A stretch of 52,039 bases of DNA from positions 1 to 52,039 of the forward strand of contig CAZDXV010000003.1 in NCBI GenBank assembly GCA_964509645.1. Direction: 5' to 3'. The notes beneath the pieces were generated by a model. That model did not search any database. It saw only the letters and a list, made by a program, of their open reading frames with translations, and had not been told where the DNA came from. Every line of letters starts with the position of its first letter. The first letter of the stretch is position 1. Source of the stretch: an uncultured Candidatus Saccharibacteria bacterium. GTDB taxonomy: Bacteria > Patescibacteriota > Minisyncoccia > Minisyncoccales > GWA2-38-27. Of this stretch, positions 16,595 to 25,300 are shown piece after piece. Position numbers and translations under genes: made by a program.

Positions 16595-17947
16595 CTAAAC
16601 CGTACTTATTCTGTCTTTAATTAATTCTATTTCTTCTTCTAATTTTTTATCTTTTTTAACCTCTTTAGATATTTTTTTATGGGAGTGTATGGCTGTAGTA
16701 TGATCTTTTCCGTTAAACTTCCTTCCTATAAAAGGAAAAGAATTTTTAAGCTCTTCCCTCAAAAGAAACATAGCTATTTGTCTTGGTTTTACGATTTCTT
16801 TCTTTCTAGAAGAAGTCAACAAATCCCTTTCTCTTAAGTCATAAAACTCTGCTACCATCTGTATTATTTTTTTAGGGGTAATAATCTGTCTTGGAGAAAA
16901 GAGAAGGTTTTTTAATAAGCTCTTGGCGGTATCTACATCTGGCTGCTTATTATTAACTTTTTGATAAATTATTAATCTATTTAAAGCTCCTTCCAACTCT
17001 CGAATATTTCTTTTAATATAAGTAGCTAAGAATTCAAAAATTTCATCGGGAAAATTATAGTTTTTTTCATTGGCTTTGGATTTTAGTATGGCTAGTCTTG
17101 TTTCATAGTCTGGAGAGCTGATGTCTGCTATCATTCCCCCCTCAAACCTGGATCTTAATCTTTCGGCCAAAGAAGAAATTGCTTTTGGGGGCCTGTCTGA
17201 GGAGATGATGATTTGTTTGTTTTTTTCATAAAGCACATTGAAAATATGAAAAAATTCTTCCTGCGTTTTTTCTCTTCCTGCTAAAAATTGGATGTCGTCG
17301 ATAATTAAGAGATCTATTGCCTGGTATTTCTTTTTTAACTCGTCTATATTATGGTTTTGTATGGAACCTACAATCTCCGAAGTGAACTTTTCAGAAGATA
17401 AATATTTGATTTTCTTTTTAGGAAAGTTTTTAATAACTTCATTTCCTACAGCTTGTAATATGTGGGTTTTACCTAAGCCTACTCCGCCATAAACAAAAAG
17501 AGGGTTGTAAACCAAACCCGGGCTCTCAGATACAGCTATTGCCGCAGCGTGAGGGAGTTCATTAAAAGGACCGACTACAAAATTATCAAAAATATATTTA
17601 GGGTTTAAATTAGTATCTTTATCTACTTTAAATTCCTGGAATTCCAACTGGTCTGTTTCTTCTTCTATAGATACAGAAGGTCTTTTAGGAGGTGTTTTAA
17701 CGTTCTTTCCAACAGCGTATTCTACCTCTTTTATCTGGCCGTCTAAGTTGTGAAGTATTTTTATTATAGATTTGTGATACTTATTCTCCAGCCACTCTTT
17801 AACAAAAGAATTAGGTACAGAAACTACTACTTTATGCTCTTTTTGGGCGGCAATATTTGTGTTCTTAAACCAGGTAGCAAAATTAGCTGAAGATATATTA
17901 AGCTGTACTTGGGCAAGAACTGACTGCCAGAGTTCTTCTTTTGACAT
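16595..17947 (-). CDS. dnaA: Chromosomal replication initiator DnaA
   Basis: AAA+ Walker A GGVGLGKTHLLQAVGNE, Walker B LLIIDDIQFL, C-terminal DnaA-box-binding domain (RKKEIVKPRQIAMFLLRE). Confidence 0.9.
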   Translation of the reverse strand: MSKEELWQSVLAQVQLNISSANFATWFKNTNIAAQKEHKVVVSVPNSFVKEWLENKYHKSIIKILHNLDGQIKEVEYAVGKNVKTPPKRPSVSIEEETDQLEFQEFKVDKDTNLNPKYIFDNFVVGPFNELPHAAAIAVSESPGLVYNPLFVYGGVGLGKTHILQAVGNEVIKNFPKKKIKYLSSEKFTSEIVGSIQNHNIDELKKKYQAIDLLIIDDIQFLAGREKTQEEFFHIFNVLYEKNKQIIISSDRPPKAISSLAERLRSRFEGGMIADISSPDYETRLAILKSKANEKNYNFPDEIFEFLATYIKRNIRELEGALNRLIIYQKVNNKQPDVDTAKSLLKNLLFSPRQIITPKKIIQMVAEFYDLRERDLLTSSRKKEIVKPRQIAMFLLREELKNSFPFIGRKFNGKDHTTAIHSHKKISKEVKKDKKLEEEIELIKDRISTV

Positions 17948-18154
17948 TGTTTTTAGAAGTAAAAATATAACTATTTTCTATTCTCTAATATTCAAGTATA
18001 GCATGTCAATCCTAAAAGTAAATGAACTTAAAATTTTCTTTTTTGTTAACAACCTGTTAATTAGCTGTGGATTTTTCAAAGAAACTTTTCAAAAGAATTG
18101 ACCTATTCAGAGTTTAATATTATACTGGAACATTACATCGATAATCTAAAAATT

Positions 18155-18289
18155 ATGTCTTTAACATATAACCCAAAAAAGAAAAAAAGAAAAACAACGC
18201 ACGGATTCAAAGAGAGAAGCAAAACTAAGGCAGGAAAAAAAGTAATTCAAAGAAGAAGGCGAAAGAAAAGGAAAAAACTAGCTGCTTAG
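18155..18289 (+). CDS. rpmH: 50S ribosomal protein L34
   Basis: MSLTYNPKKKKRKTTHGFKERSKTKAGKKVIQRRRRKKRKKL matches the L34 pattern (..TYQPS.RKR...HGFR.RM.T..GR.VL..RR.KGR..L). Followed by rnpA. Confidence 0.85.
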   Translation: MSLTYNPKKKKRKTTHGFKERSKTKAGKKVIQRRRRKKRKKLAA

Positions 18290-18290
18290 A

Positions 18291-18614
18291 ATGCTCCCAA
18301 AAGAAAACAGATTAAAAAAAGAAAAGGACTTTAAAGAAGTTTTTGAAAAAGGAAAGGGGTTTAAAGAGGGAAGCTTTTATTTAAAGGCGAAAAAGGGAGA
18401 TTTGAGGTTCGGCTTTGTTGTCAGCAAGAAAGTTTCAACAAAGGCCTCAGAAAGGAATAAAATAAAAAGGAAAATGAGGGAGGCTGTTAAAAAAGAAATT
18501 CCTTTATTAAAGAAAAAAGCTGAGTGCGTTATAGTGGCTCTGCCCGGGGCCAAAGGAACAGAAAATATTGAAGAGAGCGTAAGAAAACTTTTAGTAAAAG
18601 CAAAATTAAAATGA
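18291..18614 (+). CDS. rnpA: RNase P protein component
   Basis: 107 aa, basic, with the RL+K..+F motif (ENRLKKEKDFKEVF) and position after rpmH. Confidence 0.8.
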   Translation: MLPKENRLKKEKDFKEVFEKGKGFKEGSFYLKAKKGDLRFGFVVSKKVSTKASERNKIKRKMREAVKKEIPLLKKKAECVIVALPGAKGTENIEESVRKLLVKAKLK

Positions 18615-18820
18615 TAAAAAAACTTTTTCTGAAAACCATAGAAGGATATCAAGTTTTTATCTCTCCTCTCTTGGGAAATAAATGCCGGTTTTATCCTTCC
18701 TGTTCCCAATACTGTCTGCTTTCTATTAAAAAACACGGAGCCTTGAGAGGTCTCTTTTTAGGGCTGAAAAGAATTGTTAAGTGCCACCCCTTTAATGAAG
18801 GAGGGGTAGATTTGCCATGA
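18611..18820 (+). CDS. yidD: Membrane protein insertion efficiency factor YidD
   Basis: YQVFISPLLGNKCRFYPSCSQY...HGALRGLFLGLKRIVKCHPFNEGGVD is the YidD signature. Position between rnpA and yidC. Confidence 0.85.
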   Translation: MIKKLFLKTIEGYQVFISPLLGNKCRFYPSCSQYCLLSIKKHGALRGLFLGLKRIVKCHPFNEGGVDLP

Positions 18821-19533
18821 TAGAATTTTTTAGAACAATATTATACCAACCGCTGTTTAATATCCTCATTTTTCTTTATGCTTATATCCCGGGAAACGAC
18901 CTAGGAGTAGCTATTATTCTTCTTACGGTTTTAATAAAGCTTTTATTTTTTCCTTTAAGTTTAAAAGCTGTAAAATCTCAAAAAGCTCTTTCCGGAATTC
19001 AACCGAAAATAAAAGAGATTCAGGAAAAATACAAGGACAACAAAGAAGAACAAAGCAAAAAAATGATGGAGCTTTACAAAGAAGAAAAAATTAACCCTTT
19101 TTCTGGTTGTCTTCCCCTGTTGATCCAGCTTCCTGTTTTAATAGCTTTGTTCTGGGTTTTTAGGGCCTTTGAGGGAGGGATATCAGGAGTAGAGTTTCAA
19201 ATGCTTTATTCTTTTATTCCTAGGCCTGAAACAGTTAACCCTTATTTTTTGGGATTTTTAAATCTTGTAGAACCTTCAATATATATAGCTGTGTTAGCGG
19301 GCATATCTCAGTTTTTACAGACAAGAATGACTCTTCCCAAAACTAAAACAGAAAAAAAAGCAGATTTCTCTTCTATGATGCAAAAACAAATGCAGTATTT
19401 TTTTCCTGTAATAACGGTAGTTATACTTTTAAGGCTACCCTCGGCTATAGGTCTTTACTGGATGACAACTACAATATTTACTATTATTCAACAGTATGTG
19501 GTATTTAAAAAAAAACCTAAGTCCAATGGATAA
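18817..19533 (+). CDS. yidC: Membrane protein insertase YidC (short Oxa1-like form)
   Basis: 238 aa with 5 TM segments and conserved PLxxxQxPVxxALF-like region (GCLPLLIQLPVLIALFWVF). Confidence 0.85.
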   Translation: MIEFFRTILYQPLFNILIFLYAYIPGNDLGVAIILLTVLIKLLFFPLSLKAVKSQKALSGIQPKIKEIQEKYKDNKEEQSKKMMELYKEEKINPFSGCLPLLIQLPVLIALFWVFRAFEGGISGVEFQMLYSFIPRPETVNPYFLGFLNLVEPSIYIAVLAGISQFLQTRMTLPKTKTEKKADFSSMMQKQMQYFFPVITVVILLRLPSAIGLYWMTTTIFTIIQQYVVFKKKPKSNG

Positions 19534-19978
19534 TTTTAGAGATATAAAAAAAGAAACAGAAGAATTTTTTAAAAGAGCAAAGCTCAATATTTCTTTAGAG
19601 GTTAAGAGGTCTAAAGAAGAAAGTATTTCGGTGGAAATCAGGACAGAAGAGCCAAAGCTTCTGGTGGGTCATCAGGGGCAAGCTTTGGCTGATATTCAAA
19701 AACTTCTTAATCTTTTTTTAATGAAGAAATTTCCAGCGCAGAGATTTTTTGTTAATCTCGATGTAAACGGATACAAGGAAAAGAAAGCAGAATATCTAAG
19801 AGAAGCTGCCAGAACAGCAGCAGACGAAGCAGTTATTTCCGGCCAAGAACAAAAGCTCGGCCCTTTACCCGCTTTTGAAAGAAAGGTTATACATATGGAG
19901 TTGTCTGAAAGGAATAATGTTGAAACAGAAAGTGCAGGAAAAGAGCCCGAAAGAAGCGTTGTTATAAGGCCTCTTTAA
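19526..19978 (+). CDS. Jag/KhpB-like RNA-binding protein (KH + R3H)
   Basis: Position after yidC. LLVGHQGQALADIQKLLN (KH-like) and a C-terminal R3H-like segment. The stop overlaps the stop of the convergent gene at 19975. Confidence 0.6.
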   Translation: MDNFRDIKKETEEFFKRAKLNISLEVKRSKEESISVEIRTEEPKLLVGHQGQALADIQKLLNLFLMKKFPAQRFFVNLDVNGYKEKKAEYLREAARTAADEAVISGQEQKLGPLPAFERKVIHMELSERNNVETESAGKEPERSVVIRPL

Positions 19979-21204
19979 TCAGTTTCGGGTTCTAAGCTTG
20001 TTGAGTAAGAAATTATATACATTTTCTTTGCGGCAGCTACAGGCACAAGGCGATCTTTGTTCTCTCCTTCTGGGATAGCATGCTCCCAGGTTATAATAGC
20101 ATCGTCGTTAAGAAGCGAAGGATCGTTTCCTTTTTTTACAGTATAAAAGCCCGGATCTGAAGAAGAAATTCCTTCTTCTTTTATTAAAACCACCATCAGG
20201 TTGCCCTCTATTCTTATAGATTCTGGGCTTTTCCCTCCTAGGCTACTAACACTAAAGTCCGGAACTCCCAAACCAGAGCTTTTAATCCAAGGTATGGTTC
20301 CGGAATCGCAAGGACCAGAATCTCCTCCGTCAGTAGAATATTTCACGGTAGAATATTTCACGCAGGGTCTACCAAGTCCATAGTTGAAGTTTTCTTCGCT
20401 ATAAAGAGTAACACTCCAAGAGGGGTCGGGGTTTAGGTCTAAGGCAAAAGAATACATAGAAGAAACATTGCCAAGGGCTATTGGTTTTTCTGTCGGATTA
20501 TTATCTCTGTTTGGCATAAAAATTTGCAATTTTCCTCCAAAATCCGGTTTTTCAAAAAGTATAGTTCCATATTTCCTTTTTTCTGTAGGGACTAAATATG
20601 CGTACTTAAAATCTCTCCGAAGACCGGTAACAGCTCCTGTCCTGCTAATACAGTATTTTATTACATCTTTCATTATTAGTTCGTAGTCTTTTTTTATTCT
20701 TTCCCTGTTTTCTATATTTTCATCTGAAGCTTCAAGGCCTTTGTATTCTTGTGCCAGGGTCCAAGCGCTCTGCATTCCAACTTGTCTTTCGCATAAAACA
20801 ACCCCCCTGGGAAGATCAGCAATAAAAGGAACATTAGACTTCATTTCCAGAACTGTTAATTTTGGATTTATAGTGTTTGCTATTATCCACGATAAAAAAA
20901 TAATCAAAATCCCGACAAGAGCTTTTGTTATCCAGTCCTTAGCATCTTTTGTTCCCTCAGGGTTTCCGGAAGAGGTCATATAGCGAAAGCCTGCCCATAT
21001 TAAAACTCCTAATCCTATTAATCCGCTTATAGCTATTGCAAAAAAGTATATATATTTAATATAGTTCCCGATTTCAACAGTAGTTTTTGTTATTTCATAA
21101 TTTCCTACCCTTGGATAATCTACCTCTAAAGGCCTTTGAGCTAAACAAGCTCCAGCTAAGGATAAAAAAAGAATTAAAAGAATGAAAATAATTATTTTTC
21201 TCAT
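19975..21204 (-). CDS. Pilin-like paralog 3 of the tandem array: signal peptide, conserved LEVDYP mature N-terminus, two-helix hydrophobic hairpin, unique ~300-aa C-terminal domain
   Basis: N-terminal module YIKYIYFFAIAISGLIGLGVLIWAGFRYMTSSGNPEGTKDAKDWITKALVGILIIFLSWIIANTINPKLT is alignable by eye with the two upstream paralogs and with 2176-3045. ATGA-type overlap with the upstream gene. Confidence 0.55.
   Translation of the reverse strand: MRKIIIFILLILFLSLAGACLAQRPLEVDYPRVGNYEITKTTVEIGNYIKYIYFFAIAISGLIGLGVLIWAGFRYMTSSGNPEGTKDAKDWITKALVGILIIFLSWIIANTINPKLTVLEMKSNVPFIADLPRGVVLCERQVGMQSAWTLAQEYKGLEASDENIENRERIKKDYELIMKDVIKYCISRTGAVTGLRRDFKYAYLVPTEKRKYGTILFEKPDFGGKLQIFMPNRDNNPTEKPIALGNVSSMYSFALDLNPDPSWSVTLYSEENFNYGLGRPCVKYSTVKYSTDGGDSGPCDSGTIPWIKSSGLGVPDFSVSSLGGKSPESIRIEGNLMVVLIKEEGISSSDPGFYTVKKGNDPSLLNDDAIITWEHAIPEGENKDRLVPVAAAKKMYIISYSTSLEPETD
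20332..20361. repeat. Perfect 15-nt in-frame tandem duplication (GTAGAATATTTCACG x2) encoding VKYSTVKYST
   Basis: Read directly from the sequence, inside CDS 19975-21204. Confidence 0.8.
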
Positions 21205-22394
21205 TTTATTATGATTTTTTCTGTTTGTTCTAATATTCTTAAAATTTCATCGCAAACAGCTGTAATTCTATTTCCAAAAGATTTAAGCGTTTGCTTTTCT
21301 TGTATTATCTGAGCCATAGGGCAAGGATTTCCCCCGCTGCAGCTTATGGGGGAGCATTCTAGAGTGTTATGGCATCCGCCGGAGCATTCCCCCTGGCAAA
21401 GATTCCTTACATTATCCAGGCATCCGGGTATGCCAGCTGTCCCGTCAGGAAGCTTGGAAAGCTTGTCGGCCGCCAGAGAAGCCCCTGTTATTGTTTCAGA
21501 GAGCTCCTGGAGTTTCGTTTCTAACTGACTGTAAAGATCTATTCTTAGTTCAGCTTTTTCCAAGCTTTTTTCCAGTTCTCCTTTAAGGTAATCGCTTTTT
21601 TCTACAGACAGTTTTTCTTTGTAAAACTGGATTTCTTTTTCAAGGTCTTTTATATGCAGAAGAAAATCTTTTCTTTCTGCTACAGCTCTTTTTCTATAAT
21701 ATAGCAATTCGGACAAAGAGGCAACGAGATTCTGCTGTTCTTCTTTAATTCCTTCTTCGTCAGGGCAGGGCTGGTTTTCAGAGCCCGCATAACAATAAGC
21801 AGCCTCGCACCCCCCTCCCATGTAGCTTCTGCAAAGACAGAGAGGGTTAGTCAAATTACAGTTGCATTTGCTGGTTAAAGAATGAAGACGGCCTGCTGCA
21901 ATTATCAATCCAGGATCTTGATTTATAATAAGCTTTGTTGTGTCTGCTATTTCGCTTATGCGCCACAAATAATTAGGATAAGCCGGAGGAGCCAGAGGAG
22001 GAGCAGGCTCTGGAGCGGGAAGATTTTTAAACTCTTTTGTTGTTAAATCTATTAGAGTGAGCTGGGGATTAATATTCTGTAAAATCAAGAAAGAGGCCAA
22101 AATGATAATAATTCCCCAAAAAGCCGAAGTTATTCTGTCTTTAGCAATTTGCATTTTAGAAGGATCTCCTGCTGAAGTTAAATATCGGGCTCCTGCGTAA
22201 ACTAAAGACCCTAAAGCTAAAAAGCCGGAAACGGCCACTACAAAGTTAAAAATATACTTTATATACTCTGGAAAAAGGTTTTTAGAGGCGGAAAAGCCAG
22301 GATAGTTCACCTCTAAAGCTCTTTCTTGAGCTAAAGCAAAAGCGAAAAAGAAAAGAGAAAAAAAGATAGCAATTGTTAGTATTTTTTTATTCAT
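21201..22394 (-). CDS. Pilin-like paralog 2: signal peptide, LEVNYP N-terminus, two-helix hairpin, then Cys-rich module / coiled coil / Cys-rich module
   Basis: N-terminal module YIKYIFNFVVAVSGFLALGSLVYAGARYLTSAGDPSKMQIAKDRITSAFWGIIIILASFLILQNINPQLT. Cys-rich blocks CNCNLTNPLCLCRSYMGGGCEAAYCYAG and CLDNVRNLCQGECSGGCHNTLECSPISCSGGNPCP flank a ~100-aa coiled coil. Confidence 0.55.
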   Translation of the reverse strand: MNKKILTIAIFFSLFFFAFALAQERALEVNYPGFSASKNLFPEYIKYIFNFVVAVSGFLALGSLVYAGARYLTSAGDPSKMQIAKDRITSAFWGIIIILASFLILQNINPQLTLIDLTTKEFKNLPAPEPAPPLAPPAYPNYLWRISEIADTTKLIINQDPGLIIAAGRLHSLTSKCNCNLTNPLCLCRSYMGGGCEAAYCYAGSENQPCPDEEGIKEEQQNLVASLSELLYYRKRAVAERKDFLLHIKDLEKEIQFYKEKLSVEKSDYLKGELEKSLEKAELRIDLYSQLETKLQELSETITGASLAADKLSKLPDGTAGIPGCLDNVRNLCQGECSGGCHNTLECSPISCSGGNPCPMAQIIQEKQTLKSFGNRITAVCDEILRILEQTEKIIIK

Positions 22395-25300
22395 TTATTT
22401 GGGCAGAGCAACAGAAAAAGTTTAATCTATGCCTGTAGCCAGGTATTTTTTCAGATCCTTCCAAGCCAGAATAGTTCTGCTCCTGCAAAAGGAGGCATCC
22501 TTGAAGACATAAATTATATTCTTCCATGTTTTCTTTAAGGTAGCATTTTTCCAGGCAGGGTTGAAAGAAGTCTTCTTCTCTTGCGCACCCTTCTATCAGT
22601 CCTTTTTCCGGAGTAGTTTTTCCTATTGAGCGATTGCAGGGGAGAAGGTTTCCTCCGTGCTGAGGCTCGCAGACGAGCATGGGCTGTCTTACTTTAAGTT
22701 GTAAGTCTTTTAGAATAGGAGGGATGATGCTTTCTATAATGCTTCTTAACCCGATTTCTTCTTTAGGAGTTTTTTTCTGCATTCCTTTTTTATCAACGAT
22801 TTTTGGATTATCTATTATAAAATTTATACCGTTTTTTCTTTCTAAAATCTGCTGTATTTTTTTAGCTTGTTCGGATATTTCTCCGTAGGGACAAGCAGAT
22901 CCTTCGCACCACTCGTCACAGCCCACCAAATCTCCGTCATCGAATACCGGGATGCAAACAGAATAGCAGGAAGGAGATTGAGAGGTGCACTTGCTTATTA
23001 AAACATGAAGCTTGTCTACTTCAGAAATTAATTCTCGGTCCAGCTCTATTAGGGTCTGCATTTTTTCTGTCATTAGGCTTCCGGTTCTTAGCGTTCTTTC
23101 TACTATGTCTCCTAAAGGAATTTCATTAAAACAAGCTTCAGCTCCTAAAGTTATTTCTTTGTTTCCTAAGGTTCCTACGGGGTTTTGAGTAGAAAGGATG
23201 TTTCCTCCTATTAAGCAGAGAAAAGAAACCCATTCGGAAACGGTTTCGTTTTGCTTTGTTAGATAAGGAATTATAATATCATCCCAGAAAGGAAATTGTC
23301 TTACTATTCCGCTTTTGTTGGCGATATAGGATTCTTTGACGGGGAAAAAGTGGCTTAAGCTGTTTTTTAAGTTGTAGGGACAGTTATCTGTAAAGTCGGC
23401 AGCTCTCTCTAGTCTGTCTAATGCTTCCTGAAGATCCTCTCTTTCTTTTATGGTTTTTTGTTGTTCCTGTCTTAGGGAGGGAATTAAATTGTCAGTATTC
23501 TCATTTTGAAGCCTTTCTATTTCTCCCCTAGAGCTTGCACAGGTGTCGCAAGTACAAGAACCCGAGGAAAAGGCTCCTATAATAGCTTGAGGCCCTCCAA
23601 ACAGCCCCCCCAAACTAGCTAGCTCTCCTAAAATAGGAGAAAGCTCTGGAGCTATTGCGGCCAAGTCAGAAGCCGCAGCCATTATGTTAGAAAGATCGCC
23701 CGGGTTTTGTATTAAGCCAGCTATACCAGCGTACTCTCCTAAAAACTGGGACAACTTATCTGCTTCAGGGATTATTTGAGAGAGATCATTTAATCCGGCC
23801 TGAATATTGCTTAAGTCTGTGGGGTCTTGAATAACAGCGGCTAGATTTTTAAATTCTCCTAAAAATTGGGATAATTCAGCCGCTTCGGGTATTACTTGGG
23901 AAAGATCGTTCAGGGCTCCCTGAAGTTCCTGAAAGTCAGTCGGGTCTTGGATAAAAGAAGCTATTCCCTGCAGGTTTTCAAAATATTGGGAAACGTCTTC
24001 TAGTTGGGGAATCACAGCAGACAGACTATCTGTTGCCACTTGGAGGTTCTGGAAATCTGTAGGGTCTTCTATTAAAGAGGCTATACCGGCGTACTCTCCT
24101 AAAAACTGGGACATCTCTCTTGCTTCCGGGAAAAATTGGGAGAGATCGGTTAGAGCTGTTTGAATGTTCCTCATGTCCCTTGGGTTTTGAATTACAGCAC
24201 CTATTCCCTGAAAGTCATTTAATACAGAACTTATTCCTCCAAGCTCCGGAACTATCAGAGAAAGATCTTCCATGGCCCGCTGCATATTTCTTAGGTCCTC
24301 CGGCTCTTTGATAGCAGAAGCTACCCCCTGAAAGCTTCTCAAAGCTTCTGTGAAGCCGTGATGGTCTGCTGTGATATAGGTAAGCTCCATAGCTAGTTTT
24401 TCAAGGTTCTCTATTCCGGACATGTCTCTAGCTATAGCTGAAATTTCTCCGAAGTCTTCCAGCAATACAGCGGCTTCCCTAGAGTCTTTTGATAGAAAAG
24501 AAAAGTCCTTTAAAACCCGAGATATGTTTCTTAAGTCAGAAGGATTTTCTACTGCCCTGGAAATGCTGCCTACCCCTTGAAAAACCTCTCCTGCGTAGGG
24601 CGTCATGCTTCTCATCTCAATAGTGATTCTTTTTACTTCGGTTAGGTTCCCTGTTCTCTCAGCTATCTTTTCTATTTCTTCTAAAGTGCTTACCAGATTT
24701 TCGCTCGGAACTACATGAATAAAGTTAAGATCTTCTTCTAAAATTCGGACAAGCTCTTCTGTGTTTTCTGTCTGGTTCCTTTTTTCTTGAGCTATATCCA
24801 GAATCTGCTCTAGGTGGGCTGAATTTTCAAAATTATTAGAAAGTCTGCCCATAGACTCTATTAGTTCGGGGTATTCCTGGTAGCTTTGGGAAAGAGAAAT
24901 CGCTTCATAGGCCTTGTCAAAAGCTATGGGAATATCTTGAGAACTGCTTAATCTTCTAGCTATTCTTTCTGAAGAAGAAAGGACGGTATCCAGATCAGCG
25001 GGGTTTTCTGTGATAGCCCCCAAGTCCCTAATTGTTTTAAAAGCCGGAGTGAGGTAGGCGTTAGCTCCTACGATATTGCCTATGCTTTCCAAAGAGGCAA
25101 AAGTTCTGGAAAGGTTTTCGGGTTCTTCTGCTATGGAAGCTATGTTATAGGCAACGTTGAAAGTTTCTCCTAAATCTCCCGGAGCGTTTAAAATAGTAGC
25201 AATGTTGGAGGCAGCTCCGACCATAGTAGAGTATTCACCCGGATTTTCAGCTATTAAAGCTATATTATAGCCCACATTGAAAACATCCTCTATTCTTTTA

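Noticed and set aside
17948-18154. Confident oriC call based on DnaA boxes
   Set aside because: Only one imperfect box (TGTGGATTT) was found. This is kept only as a low-interest candidate.
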